From an uncultured Chloroflexia bacterium (GTDB taxonomy: Bacteria; Chloroflexota; Limnocylindria; Limnocylindrales; CSP1-4), in NCBI GenBank assembly GCA_963713975.1, contig OY970218.1:608001-672000 (forward strand): 64,000 nt of DNA, written 5' to 3'. Position numbers and translations under genes: made by a program. The notes under the pieces are model-generated. The model ran no database searches. It had not been told where the DNA came from and saw nothing but the letters and a program-made list of their open reading frames with translations. The first letter of the stretch is position 1. Every line of letters starts with the position of its first letter. Shown here piece by piece: positions 31,385 to 40,932 of the stretch.

Positions 31385-32267
31385 CGTCCGACGCCTCGTC
31401 CGGCGTGACACCTTCGCGAGCCGCTCGCGCGCCGAGGTCGCCGGCCTCGACGCCCTGGAGGCGCCGCTGGTCCGCCGTGAGTCACGGGTCCGAAGGGTCT
31501 GGGCCGGCACGTGGCCGAAGCTGCTCGCGGTCGCGATGGTCCTGCTCGCGTGGCAGGCGGTGGTCTGGTCCGGCTGGCGGCCCGAGTACGTCCTGCCCGG
31601 TCCCGGCGAGGTGCTGGGCCGCCTGTGGGACGAGGTCCGCACGGTCGAGCTGTGGCAGGCGGTGGTCGTCACCATGCGCCGCGGCATCTGGGGGTTCGGC
31701 CTCGCGATCGTGATCGGCGTCGCCGTCGGGGCGCTCGTGTCGCGGTTCAAGGTCATGCGCGCCGCGATCGGATCGCTGATCACCGGGCTCCAGACCATGC
31801 CCTCGATCGCCTGGTTCCCGCTCGCGATCCTGCTGTTCCGGCTGAGCGAGGAGGCCATCACGTTCGTGGTGATCCTGGGCGCCGCGCCGTCCATCGCCAA
31901 CGGCCTCATCCACGGCATCGACCACATCCCGCCCGTCCTCACCCGGGCCGGCCGCGTGCTGGGCGCCACGGGCTTCGCCGCGTACCGGCACGTGATCCTG
32001 CCGGCGGCCATGCCCAGCTTCACGGCCGGGCTCAAGAACGGCTGGGCCTTCGCCTGGAGGAGCTTGATGGCCGGCGAGCTGATCGTCGTGATCGCCTACC
32101 AGGCGTCGCTCGGCCAGTTGCTCCAGGTGAACCGTGAGCTCTCGGACGCGGCCGGGCTGCTGGCGACGATGATGGTGATCCTGATCATCGGGATTGTGCT
32201 GGACTCGCTGGTCTTCGGGACCTTCGAGCGGCGGATCCGCGAGAAGCGGGGGCTCGTTACGGGCTGA
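31374..32267 (+). CDS. SsuC/TauC-like ABC permease
   Basis: PSIAWFP, EAA-like loop, WRSLMAGE. Confidence 0.9.
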   Translation: MAADVRRLVRRDTFASRSRAEVAGLDALEAPLVRRESRVRRVWAGTWPKLLAVAMVLLAWQAVVWSGWRPEYVLPGPGEVLGRLWDEVRTVELWQAVVVTMRRGIWGFGLAIVIGVAVGALVSRFKVMRAAIGSLITGLQTMPSIAWFPLAILLFRLSEEAITFVVILGAAPSIANGLIHGIDHIPPVLTRAGRVLGATGFAAYRHVILPAAMPSFTAGLKNGWAFAWRSLMAGELIVVIAYQASLGQLLQVNRELSDAAGLLATMMVILIIGIVLDSLVFGTFERRIREKRGLVTG

Positions 32268-32295
32268 CGCCCCGTGCCCGATCGCGTTGGCCCGT

Positions 32296-32754
32296 TCAGT
32301 GCGGGATCAGGACCTCGGGGTCCTCGAGGAGCTCGCCCACGGCCGGCGGCAGCTCGCCGGCGACCACGTCGGCGATCGAAACACGCTCCAGGACGCGCCG
32401 GAGGCCGACGCGGGTTGCCAGCCACACGTCCCGCAGCGCGGTCGCGGAACCCGTGAAGGCGAGCGACTCCGGGCGCATCCCGCGGACGTCGGCGAGCGGG
32501 CCCTCGACGGCGCGGATCACGTCGGCGATCGTGATGTCCGAGGCGGGCTTCGCCATCCGGTAGCCGCCGACCTGGCCCCGCAGGGAGCGGACGAAGCCCG
32601 CCCGACGCAGGTCGACCAGGATGTTCTCGAGGAAGGAAAGGGGGATCTCCTGCGCCGACGCGATCTGCTCCGCCTTGAGTGGCGCGTTCCCCGTGTGCGC
32701 GGCGACCTCGCACAGCGCGCGCACCGCATAGTCGACCTTGGCCGAGATCCTCAC
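32296..32754 (-). CDS. Rrf2-family regulator (CymR-like, no Fe-S Cys triad)
   Basis: RISAKVDYAVRAL, FLENIL..L, RGQVGGY, VIRAVEGP. Confidence 0.9.
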   Translation of the reverse strand: MRISAKVDYAVRALCEVAAHTGNAPLKAEQIASAQEIPLSFLENILVDLRRAGFVRSLRGQVGGYRMAKPASDITIADVIRAVEGPLADVRGMRPESLAFTGSATALRDVWLATRVGLRRVLERVSIADVVAGELPPAVGELLEDPEVLIPH

Positions 32755-32821
32755 CCGGGCATCGTACGGTGCGGGGCAACCAGCCGGTTGCCCGCCGTGT
32801 CGCAGCCGGACACCACGGAGA

Positions 32822-33667
32822 TCAACCTCCAACCGACCCGGCGGTGATCAGCACGATCGACAAGCCCGTCAGGATGAAGCCGGCGACGTGGCTCCTCGTG
32901 ACGCGCTCGCGCAGGACCGTGATCGCGAGCAGCACGGTCACCACCGGGTACAGGGAGGCGAGCACGACCGCGATCGCGAGCGCCCCGACCGCCGTCGCGA
33001 GGATGAATGCCGCGTTGCCGGTCATGTCCAGCAGGCCGATGACCACGAGCTTCGGCATGACCACCCGCGGTACCCGCCACGGCTGGCGCCAGGCAACGAT
33101 CAGGAGACCGATCAGCACCGTCTGCAGCAGCCGGATGATCACGAGCAGCCCGAATGCGCTCGTCCCCGAGAACTGGCCGATGCAGATGTTGAAGCCGCCG
33201 ATGGCGAGGCCTGCCAAGAGTGCGAAACGGATGCCCGACGGGCGGTCCGCACCGTGACCGGGCGCCCGCGTCACGAGCACGACGGCCAGCAGCGCCCCCA
33301 CGATCCCCACGATCGTGACCGGCTGCGGGGTGCCCTCGACCGCGAACCCGAACAGGACCGGGATCGTCGCGCCGAGCACGCCGGTGACGGGTGCCACGAC
33401 GCCCATCCGGCCCTCGGCCAGGCCGCGATAGAGGCTGGTGATACCCACCATGCCGAACACCCCGGCGCCCGCCGCCCAGGCGATGTCAGCCGGCTCCGGG
33501 AACGTCTCGTTGCGCAGGATCGCGATGGCCAGGGCCGCGATCATGCCCACGATCTGGGTCACCCCGACGACGCCGAACAGCGGGGCGCGCCGACTCATCA
33601 GGCCGCCGCCGAAGTCCCCGGATCCCCACGTGAGCGCGGAGGCGAGCCCGAGGGCGACGACCGCCAT
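32822..33667 (-). CDS. EamA/DMT-family transporter
   Basis: about 10 TMs, WGSGDFGGG, GRMGVVAP, SLYPVVTVLLA..VLRE. Confidence 0.85.
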   Translation of the reverse strand: MAVVALGLASALTWGSGDFGGGLMSRRAPLFGVVGVTQIVGMIAALAIAILRNETFPEPADIAWAAGAGVFGMVGITSLYRGLAEGRMGVVAPVTGVLGATIPVLFGFAVEGTPQPVTIVGIVGALLAVVLVTRAPGHGADRPSGIRFALLAGLAIGGFNICIGQFSGTSAFGLLVIIRLLQTVLIGLLIVAWRQPWRVPRVVMPKLVVIGLLDMTGNAAFILATAVGALAIAVVLASLYPVVTVLLAITVLRERVTRSHVAGFILTGLSIVLITAGSVGG

Positions 33668-33680
33668 CTCGGGGCCAAGC

Positions 33681-35867
33681 TCAGGCAGGCGCGGCCTCCT
33701 CGGCCTCCACGTGGTCATCGGCGGCGGTGGGCCCGTCCAGGGTCACCACGCGGTCCGCGAGCGAGTCGTAGCGGTCCGAGGTCGTGAGGTAGATGACCTG
33801 GAAGTCGGACGCGACCTCGCGCAGGATCGCGAGCGCTCGTGGCGCCCGGTCGTCGTCCAGGGTCACGAACGGGTCGTCCAGGATCAGCGGGGGCCGGCGG
33901 TCCCCGGTGACCAGCCGCACGAGCCCCAGGCGCGCGGCCAGATAGACGACGTCGAGCGTCCCCTGGCTCAGCTCCGTGACCGGCACCCAGTCGCCGCGCT
34001 CGGGCGAGAACACGTCGATGCCCAGGTTGCTGTCGTCAACGCGCACCCGGCGATAACGGCCGTCTGTCACGCGGGCGATGTGCTTGACCATCGTCCGCTC
34101 GAGGTAGCGGGTGGCGCGCTGCATCGTCATCTGCTCCGCCGCGTTGACCTCCTGCAGCGTCCGGGCATAGACCCGGTCGCGACGACGCAGCGCCTCGAGC
34201 CCCTCAGACCAGCCGGCGAGGCGCTCCGCGAGGGCTGCCACGTCCTCCGCATCGACCGGGTTCTGCTCGACCCGTGCCTTGGCTCCGGCCTCCTCGTCCC
34301 GGGCGCGCTCCAGCTGGTGCTCGGCGTCGGTGACCTCGACCTCGAGGCGCTCGCGCGCCCGGGGCTCCTTGGCGATGGGGCCCAGCGCCTCCAGCGCTGC
34401 CGTCTTCTGCTCGATCTCCAGTGCCGCAGCATCGCGCCGCTCGGGAAGGTGGGCCGGCGGCTCGTCGGCCACCAGGCCGCCGAGCCGGGCGCGCCGCTGG
34501 TCGATCTCCGCCACGTGGGTCTCTTCCGCCTGCAGCCGCTCGACGGCCTGGTCGGCCTGTTCCAGGCCGAGGGCCTCGAGCTCCGACGCCCGATCCGCCT
34601 CGGCCAGCTTGAGCTCCTGCTCGATGTCCGAGCGTCCGCGCAGGCGACGGGCAACCTCCACGTCGCGCAGCTCCTGCTCAGTGTGATCGCTGCGGCGGAG
34701 CCACCACCCGGCAATCCCGAACGCGACCCCGGCGATGACGAGCAGGCCCCCGATGATCGGCAGCACCGGCCCCAGCTCCAGGATCCCCGCCGTGTCGAGG
34801 GCGAAGCCGACCAGGGCTACCACCAGGCCGACGACCGCTAGCACGGCCGAGACCTGGGACAGCGGCCGCCATTGAACCTCCGGCTGGACCTCGAAGTTGA
34901 CCTGGACCTCACCCGCGAGCTGGCCGTTCAGGCTGGCGATCCTCGTCTCGAGCCCGCGGATGCGTTCCACGGCGGGCCGCAACACGGCGAGCGGCGTGGG
35001 CGACGGATGGGTGGCCTCGAGCTCCACGATCTCGTCCCGGACGACGACCGCCGCACGGAACCGCTCGTAACGCTCGCTTGCCGCGTCCCGCTCGGACGTC
35101 AGGCGCTCGGCCTGGCGGGCCTTCTCCAACAGAGACCGTCGCTCGCCAAGTGCCCGGTCGGCTTCCGAGCGACGCTCACGCGCCAGCGACATCGCCTCCC
35201 GGTCCTGCTCCAGGCGCTGCAGGGCGGATTCACCGTTGGCCAGGGCGGCGCTCACGTCGGCGACGGCATCCTCGGCGACCTTGACCCGACCGGGGTTCTT
35301 GGCCCCGCTCGCCCGCAGGCCCTGCAGCGCCCGTTCCAGCTGCCGGCGGGCCCGGCTGGTCCCCCGGTCGGCGCCGCTGATCGACGCCTGCAGCCGGTCC
35401 CGGAGTGCGGCCTCGTCACGCTGGAGCCCGGCCAGCTCGTGGTGGCGCACCGAGGCCGTGGACCGGAAGAAGCCCTCCGTCGGAACGCCGGACAGCGTCG
35501 CCAACTGCTCATCCGCGCGGGTGGGATCCGTCGTGGCCTCGCCGTCCAGCTCCAGGTGGACCTGCCCCTTGGCCCCGAGGAAGGCCTTCTCGAGGCGTCC
35601 CTCGTGGATCACGCCGTCCTCGTCATCCCAGGTGAAGTCCATGGCGATGCTGGTCCGCGCGTCGTCGCCGCCGTCCCAGGGAACGAGGGCATCGAGATCT
35701 CCTGCGGCGCTGGTCACCTTCCGCGTGAGGGCGAGCTCGAGGGCGCGCTGGAGCGTGGACTTGCCGGCCTCGTTGGGGCCGCGGACGACCGTCAGGCCCG
35801 GCGCCAGCTCGATGGTGGTGTCGCGGTACCGGCGGAGGTTCCGGATGGTGAGGGTCGAGATCCTCAC
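33681..35867 (-). CDS. SMC/SbcC-like (YhaN-type) ATPase with central transmembrane hairpin
   Basis: N-terminal GPNEAGKST, long coiled coils, LSQGT signature, LILDDPF Walker B; hydrophobic hairpin at the midpoint. Confidence 0.85.
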   Translation of the reverse strand: MRISTLTIRNLRRYRDTTIELAPGLTVVRGPNEAGKSTLQRALELALTRKVTSAAGDLDALVPWDGGDDARTSIAMDFTWDDEDGVIHEGRLEKAFLGAKGQVHLELDGEATTDPTRADEQLATLSGVPTEGFFRSTASVRHHELAGLQRDEAALRDRLQASISGADRGTSRARRQLERALQGLRASGAKNPGRVKVAEDAVADVSAALANGESALQRLEQDREAMSLARERRSEADRALGERRSLLEKARQAERLTSERDAASERYERFRAAVVVRDEIVELEATHPSPTPLAVLRPAVERIRGLETRIASLNGQLAGEVQVNFEVQPEVQWRPLSQVSAVLAVVGLVVALVGFALDTAGILELGPVLPIIGGLLVIAGVAFGIAGWWLRRSDHTEQELRDVEVARRLRGRSDIEQELKLAEADRASELEALGLEQADQAVERLQAEETHVAEIDQRRARLGGLVADEPPAHLPERRDAAALEIEQKTAALEALGPIAKEPRARERLEVEVTDAEHQLERARDEEAGAKARVEQNPVDAEDVAALAERLAGWSEGLEALRRRDRVYARTLQEVNAAEQMTMQRATRYLERTMVKHIARVTDGRYRRVRVDDSNLGIDVFSPERGDWVPVTELSQGTLDVVYLAARLGLVRLVTGDRRPPLILDDPFVTLDDDRAPRALAILREVASDFQVIYLTTSDRYDSLADRVVTLDGPTAADDHVEAEEAAPA

Positions 35868-37039
35868 AGCGTCACCTCCTGACCGGCCAGCAGCAGCCGG
35901 CCGAGGCGCAGCACGTCCCGCAGCTCATCCGCCTCCCGGGTGGCGGCGGTGCCCGGATCGCGCTCGAGGGTCGCGATCTGCTCCTCCACCGTCCGGATGA
36001 AGGCGCCGGCGATGGTCTCGGGCGGTGGGAGGACGCTATCGGTCAGCGTTGGCTGGCTGTGGTCGCGCACCCGCACCTTGAGGTAGTCGCCATGCAACGC
36101 CGACTCGACCTCCGCGGGGTCGAGATCGAGGTCATCGGGGCGCACGCCGATCAGCCGTACGTCAAGCACGCGGTCCTTGTCCGCGGCGGCCCGAAGACGG
36201 GCGATGAGCGCCGGCTGGGATTCAACGGTCGCGGCGTCGACCTCGACCCGCTCGAACGTGGTTAGGCCGACCACGTGCTCCTTGACATCCACGACCTTGG
36301 TGCCGGCCCGCTGCTCGAGGGTCACGAGCAGGACCTTGCCGGCCTTGTCCTGGTCCAGCGCGACGGGCTCAGGAGCGCCGGCGTACGCATAGGTGACGCC
36401 TCGCGCCTTCGCGACCTGTGCCCCGTGCCAGTGACCGAGGGCGAGGTAGTCAAGGCCGCTGGCAGCGATCTCGTCCTGGGTGATGACGACCTCATCGTGA
36501 TCCGTCCGTCCCGGGATCGCGATCGCGGCATGCACGAGGCCGACACGCCAGGTGGCGTCCGGGGTGTGGACGTCCGCGAGATCGCGGAGCGGGCTGTGGG
36601 GGGCGCGCTTGGTGGCGAACACGGGCCCGTGGACGACGACGTCGCAGGCCCCGATGTGCACCCACGGCCGCTCCGGGGTCAGCACGGTGAGCAGGTCGCC
36701 GCCCGCCGGGGCTCCCGCGAGGGCGGCCAGGTCGTAGGCCCGGTACACGGAGGAGCGGTCGTAGACGTCGTGGGTCCCTGGGATGAGCACGCTGCGGATG
36801 CGCGCCCGGACGAGGCGTTCGAGCTCCGCGGCCACGCGCTCGACGGAACGGCGAGGCTGGACGTTGGAATCGAAGAGGTCACCGGCCACCAGGAACAGGT
36901 CGACCTTCTCCGAGAGCGCGAGATCCACGCTGGCCGAGAACGCGGCGAACTGGCGCTCGCGCTGGGCCGCCGCCGCGTCGCCGAGATCCGCGTGGCGCGC
37001 GCCGAGATGAACGTCAGCGGTGTGCAGGAGCCGGAGCAT
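35864..37039 (-). CDS. SbcD/Mre11-like (YhaO-type) metallophosphoesterase nuclease
   Basis: HTADVHLG, AGDLFD, PGTHD, YLALGHWH, YAGAPE. Confidence 0.9.
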   Translation of the reverse strand: MLRLLHTADVHLGARHADLGDAAAAQRERQFAAFSASVDLALSEKVDLFLVAGDLFDSNVQPRRSVERVAAELERLVRARIRSVLIPGTHDVYDRSSVYRAYDLAALAGAPAGGDLLTVLTPERPWVHIGACDVVVHGPVFATKRAPHSPLRDLADVHTPDATWRVGLVHAAIAIPGRTDHDEVVITQDEIAASGLDYLALGHWHGAQVAKARGVTYAYAGAPEPVALDQDKAGKVLLVTLEQRAGTKVVDVKEHVVGLTTFERVEVDAATVESQPALIARLRAAADKDRVLDVRLIGVRPDDLDLDPAEVESALHGDYLKVRVRDHSQPTLTDSVLPPPETIAGAFIRTVEEQIATLERDPGTAATREADELRDVLRLGRLLLAGQEVTL

Positions 37040-37066
37040 GCGGTGGGCTGCCTCCCTGTTCAGGCC

Positions 37067-37195
37067 GGCGGGCAGACCGACCGGGTCCCGCGAGCAGCCG
37101 CTCCTCGCCCCAGACGGCGTTCCCCGCGAGGGTCGCGCGCGTCGCTCAGGCGGGGCCGGTCGCTCCCGGGACCCGGTTGCGATCCGGGCGCCCCC
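37067..37195 (-). other. ~130-nt rod-like hairpin in the putative 5' leader of the sbcD-like gene (possible ncRNA/cis-element)
   Basis: perfect arms accgggtcccg (37080-37090) / cgggacccggt (37167-37177) with further nested pairings on both sides. Confidence 0.45.
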
Positions 37196-37344
37196 ATCGC
37201 TCCCGTCTCGCCACGCCGAGTCTCGGGGGTCATTGTGACAGGTTGGATGGCACGCCCGATGCACGCGCGGCGCCATGAATCGGCGCCGCGTGTAGGCTGG
37301 GGGAACCGGTCGCCAGCGAACGGGCGCCCGGAGGAGCTGACACA

Positions 37345-37683
37345 GTGACCTACTCGGACCGGATATTGACCTGCGTGGATTGTGGCGTGGAGTTCGTCCA
37401 CTCCGCGGCCGACCAGGAGTTCTACGTGCAGAAGGGGTTCTCGTCCGAGCCCAAGCGCTGCACGTCCTGCCGCGCCTATCGGCGGACTTCGCGCGACGGC
37501 GGCGGCGACACCCACTCGGCTGGGGCGCCGCGTGGCTACGAGCGGACCGACGACCGCTACCCGAGGGAGTACTTCGTCGCGATCTGCAGCTCGTGCGGGA
37601 ACCAGGCGCAGGTCCCGTTCAAGCCCCGCATGGACAAGCCCGTCTACTGCTCGGACTGCTACCGCGAGGTCAAGCCGGGCTGA
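37345..37683 (+). CDS. double zinc-ribbon protein (CxxC-x17-CxxC family)
   Basis: CVDCG..F...DQEFY..KGF..EPKRCTSC and CSSCG...VPFKP...KPVYCSDC; GGAGG RBS. Confidence 0.88.
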   Translation: MTYSDRILTCVDCGVEFVHSAADQEFYVQKGFSSEPKRCTSCRAYRRTSRDGGGDTHSAGAPRGYERTDDRYPREYFVAICSSCGNQAQVPFKPRMDKPVYCSDCYREVKPG

Positions 37684-37727
37684 CGGTCGTCCGCCGGCGC
37701 GCCGGGCCCGGACGGTTCCGCTGGGGC

Positions 37728-38450
37728 TCAGAGACGGAACGCATCCCCAGCTCGGAAGCGCTCGCGGTGGCGACCCCGCCACACGGTGACGCGGCCCGCT
37801 CCGTGCACCTGCCACACGCCGTTCCGGATCACGGCCGCCGTGTCCTCATCGAGGCCCAGCACGATGCCGCCCCGGGGTGCCTGCAGGGCCACGAGTGCCG
37901 CGAGCGGCTCCGGCCACGCATCGTAGTGCGGCAGGACCGCGACCCCATCGACCAGGCCCAACCCAACGGGCCACCGGATCGGGAACGGCAGCGGGATGCG
38001 GATCTTCGGCAGCGTGCGGAAGTCCATCGTCCGGCCGGCGACCGCCATCGCCCCCGCGGAGCAACCGACAACGACCGTCCCGCGAGCGTGTGCCGCGGCA
38101 AGGGCTCCGCCCAGAGGCGACTCGCGGAGCACGCGGAGCAGGTGACGCGGGTGGCCGCCGGAGAGATAGATCAGATCCGCCTCGCCGATCGCCTGGAGCG
38201 ACGCCGCGTCATGGCCGTCGACGACGTTGCGCACGAGGACGGGCTCCACCTCCGCTCCTAGCGCGGTGAAGTGCTCCACTCCCATCTGGGCCCAGGTCCG
38301 AAACGTGGCCTCGCCGTCGGGGGCGGACGCTGTGGGCAGGATGGCGACCCGTGCACGGGGACGTCCGGTCGCCGCGAGCAGGCCGCGGTCGAACTCGGCC
38401 AACGGGGCGAGGAACTCACCAGCGCCAACGAGCGCCACGGGTCCGGGCAT
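37728..38450 (-). CDS. peptidase S51/cyanophycinase-like protein
   Basis: ALVGAGE, LPTAS, YLSGG, GCSAGAM nucleophile, LPHYD, GLDEDTA. Confidence 0.85.
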   Translation of the reverse strand: MPGPVALVGAGEFLAPLAEFDRGLLAATGRPRARVAILPTASAPDGEATFRTWAQMGVEHFTALGAEVEPVLVRNVVDGHDAASLQAIGEADLIYLSGGHPRHLLRVLRESPLGGALAAAHARGTVVVGCSAGAMAVAGRTMDFRTLPKIRIPLPFPIRWPVGLGLVDGVAVLPHYDAWPEPLAALVALQAPRGGIVLGLDEDTAAVIRNGVWQVHGAGRVTVWRGRHRERFRAGDAFRL

Positions 38451-38537
38451 CGGCCGCAGCATAGAGCAGGCTCGGCAAGGGGGCTGGACTGGCACCGCCG
38501 GCCCTGCGACACTCCGCCCGCACGCACGGGAGATCCG

Positions 38538-40163
38538 GTGACCTCGTCCCAGCGCTGGACCATGCTCGCCGTCATCGTCGGCTCCGCGATGGTGTTCCTC
38601 GACGGGACCGTGATCAACCTCGCGCTGCCCAGGATCGGCAGGGAGCTGCCATCGTCGATGGTGTCCGTGCTCGAGGGCCAGACCTATGCCGTGTCCGGGT
38701 ACCTCGCGATCATCGCCGCGCTCCTGATCCTCGCCGGCGGCCTCGCCGACTACTACGGCCGACGCCGGATCTTCGGCATCGGGCTGGCCGGCTTCGGCGT
38801 GACGTCGGTCCTGTGTGGCCTGGCTCCCAGCCTCGAGCTGCTCGTTGTCTTCCGGCTCCTCCAGGGTGCGGCCGGGGCCCTCCTCATTCCCGGCTCTCTG
38901 GCGATCATCACCGCCTTGCTCGAAGGTGAGGCGCGGGCGCGTGCCTTCGGCATCTGGGCGGCCGCGACATCGGCGACGACGCTCATCGGGCCGGTGGTGG
39001 GCGGGTTCCTGGTGGACGCGGTGAGCTGGCGCGCCGCGTTCCTCGTCAACGTGCCGCTGGCGGTGATTGCACTGTGGGCCACGATCCGCCACATGCCGGA
39101 GAGTCGTTCCGAGGACGCGAGCGCCCGCTTCGACTGGCTCGGTGCAGGCGTGATCGTCCTCGCGGTGGGCGGCCTGACGTTCGGGGCAATCCGGGGCCAG
39201 GACCGGCAGTGGCAGGACCCGCTTGCCTGGGTGTCGCTGGCGGTGGGCATCGTGGCACTGGTCGCACTCCCCTTCGTGATGGCATACCGTCCGGACCCGC
39301 TGGTCCCGCTGGAGCTCTTCCGGCGACGGCGGTTCGCGACCATCAACCTGTCCACGCTCCTGATCTACGGCGCCCTGTACACGGTTCTCCTGTTCCAGGC
39401 GCTGTTCCTCCAGAGCTCCGTCGGATACTCAGCGACGGCCGCGGGCGTCATCGGCCTCCCGACGGCGATCATGCTCACCCTGCTCTCGACCAGGGTCGGG
39501 ATCCTCGCCGGGCGGTTCGGGGCCCGGCCGTTCCTCGTCGTGGGGCCGGCGCTCATGGCGGTCGGCCTGCTCTGGCTGGCGCGGGTGCCAGCGACGACCC
39601 AACCCTGGATGCTGGCGGCGGGCGACCCGACCAGCTACCTGCCTCCAGCCTCTGCCGTCATCGACATCTTCCCGTCCGTCCTCCTTTTCGGCCTCGGGAT
39701 CTCGCTGGTCGTGGCGCCGCTGACCACGACACTGATGGGCTCCGTACCCGTCTCGAACGCTGGGCTCGCATCGGCGATCAACAACGCGGTCAGCCGGGTT
39801 GGCCAACCACTGCTCGCGGCCCTGATCTTCGTGGTCGTGTCCGGAACCTTCTACGGGACGCTCTCACGTGCGGTGCCGGCCTTCGACGCCGGCGACCCAT
39901 CGCTGCGGGCGCTCGTGCAGCCACTCAACCCACCGGGCGCGGCCGCATCGCCGGAACTGCGGCAGGCGGCACTGGTCGCGTCCGTCGATGCCCTCCACCT
40001 TGCGGCCGCCATCTGCGCGATGCTGCTCCTCGGGGGATCACTGGCGAACTGGATCGGGCTCCGACCGGTGCAGGACGAGGACGGCGACGGAACCGGGGAT
40101 CAGGCGACCAACCCCGGGACGGCACCCGCATCTGGTCCCGTGGCGGAGGTCCGCGGTGGCTGA
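38538..40163 (+). CDS. MFS transporter (DHA2/EmrB-QacA-like)
   Basis: DGTVINLALP, GGLADYYGRRR motif A, RLLQG, GPVVGG, about 14 TMs. Confidence 0.9.
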   Translation: MTSSQRWTMLAVIVGSAMVFLDGTVINLALPRIGRELPSSMVSVLEGQTYAVSGYLAIIAALLILAGGLADYYGRRRIFGIGLAGFGVTSVLCGLAPSLELLVVFRLLQGAAGALLIPGSLAIITALLEGEARARAFGIWAAATSATTLIGPVVGGFLVDAVSWRAAFLVNVPLAVIALWATIRHMPESRSEDASARFDWLGAGVIVLAVGGLTFGAIRGQDRQWQDPLAWVSLAVGIVALVALPFVMAYRPDPLVPLELFRRRRFATINLSTLLIYGALYTVLLFQALFLQSSVGYSATAAGVIGLPTAIMLTLLSTRVGILAGRFGARPFLVVGPALMAVGLLWLARVPATTQPWMLAAGDPTSYLPPASAVIDIFPSVLLFGLGISLVVAPLTTTLMGSVPVSNAGLASAINNAVSRVGQPLLAALIFVVVSGTFYGTLSRAVPAFDAGDPSLRALVQPLNPPGAAASPELRQAALVASVDALHLAAAICAMLLLGGSLANWIGLRPVQDEDGDGTGDQATNPGTAPASGPVAEVRGG

Positions 40164-40914
40164 CCCGATGCCGCCCCGGGATTGGGACGGCGTCACCTAC
40201 GACCGCATCGCCGACCCCATGGCCCGCTGGGGCACGAGCGTCCTGGACCGCCTTCCGCTCACAGGCGACGAGACCGTGCTGGACGCGGGCTGCGGGTCCG
40301 GACGCGTGACCGAACGGCTGCTGGAGCGCCTGCCAGCAGGGCGCGTGGTCGCCGTGGATGGCTCGCCCTCGATGCTGGCCGCGGCGCGGGAGCGGCTTGC
40401 CCCGTTCGGCGATCGGGTCACGTACGTCCTGGCCGACCTCGGTTCACCGCTGCCGCTGACTACCGGATCGGTGGATGCGGTGCTGTCCACCGCGACCTTC
40501 CACTGGGTCGCCGACCATGACGCCCTGTTCGGCGGGCTCGCGGCGGTCCTGCGTCCCGGCGGCCGGCTCGTGGCGCAGTGCGGCGGGTCGGGCAACATCG
40601 CCGGCGTCCGGTCCGCCATCGCCGCAACCGGGGACACGTGGCCGGGCCCGTGGACGTTCGCCACGCCCGAGGAGACGCGCGAGCGACTGGCCGCCGCGGG
40701 CTTCCGGGACATCGAGGCCTGGCTCCACGAGGAGCCCACGCCGCTGGAACCCGGTGAGCCACTACGCGAGTACCTGCGGACGGTCGTGCTCGGGGCGCAC
40801 CTTGACCGCCTGCCGGCTGCCCGGCGCTACGCATTCGCGGAAGCGGTCGCTGCAGGGCTGGCGGAACCGGTGATCGACTACGTCCGCCTCAACGTCCTGG
40901 CGACACGGCGGTAG
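40156..40914 (+). CDS. class I SAM methyltransferase (trans-aconitate methyltransferase-like)
   Basis: VLDAGCGSG, STATFHWV, LRPGG, DYVRL. Confidence 0.85.
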   Translation: MADPMPPRDWDGVTYDRIADPMARWGTSVLDRLPLTGDETVLDAGCGSGRVTERLLERLPAGRVVAVDGSPSMLAAARERLAPFGDRVTYVLADLGSPLPLTTGSVDAVLSTATFHWVADHDALFGGLAAVLRPGGRLVAQCGGSGNIAGVRSAIAATGDTWPGPWTFATPEETRERLAAAGFRDIEAWLHEEPTPLEPGEPLREYLRTVVLGAHLDRLPAARRYAFAEAVAAGLAEPVIDYVRLNVLATRR

Positions 40915-40932
40915 CCCGGAGTCGGCCGCTTC

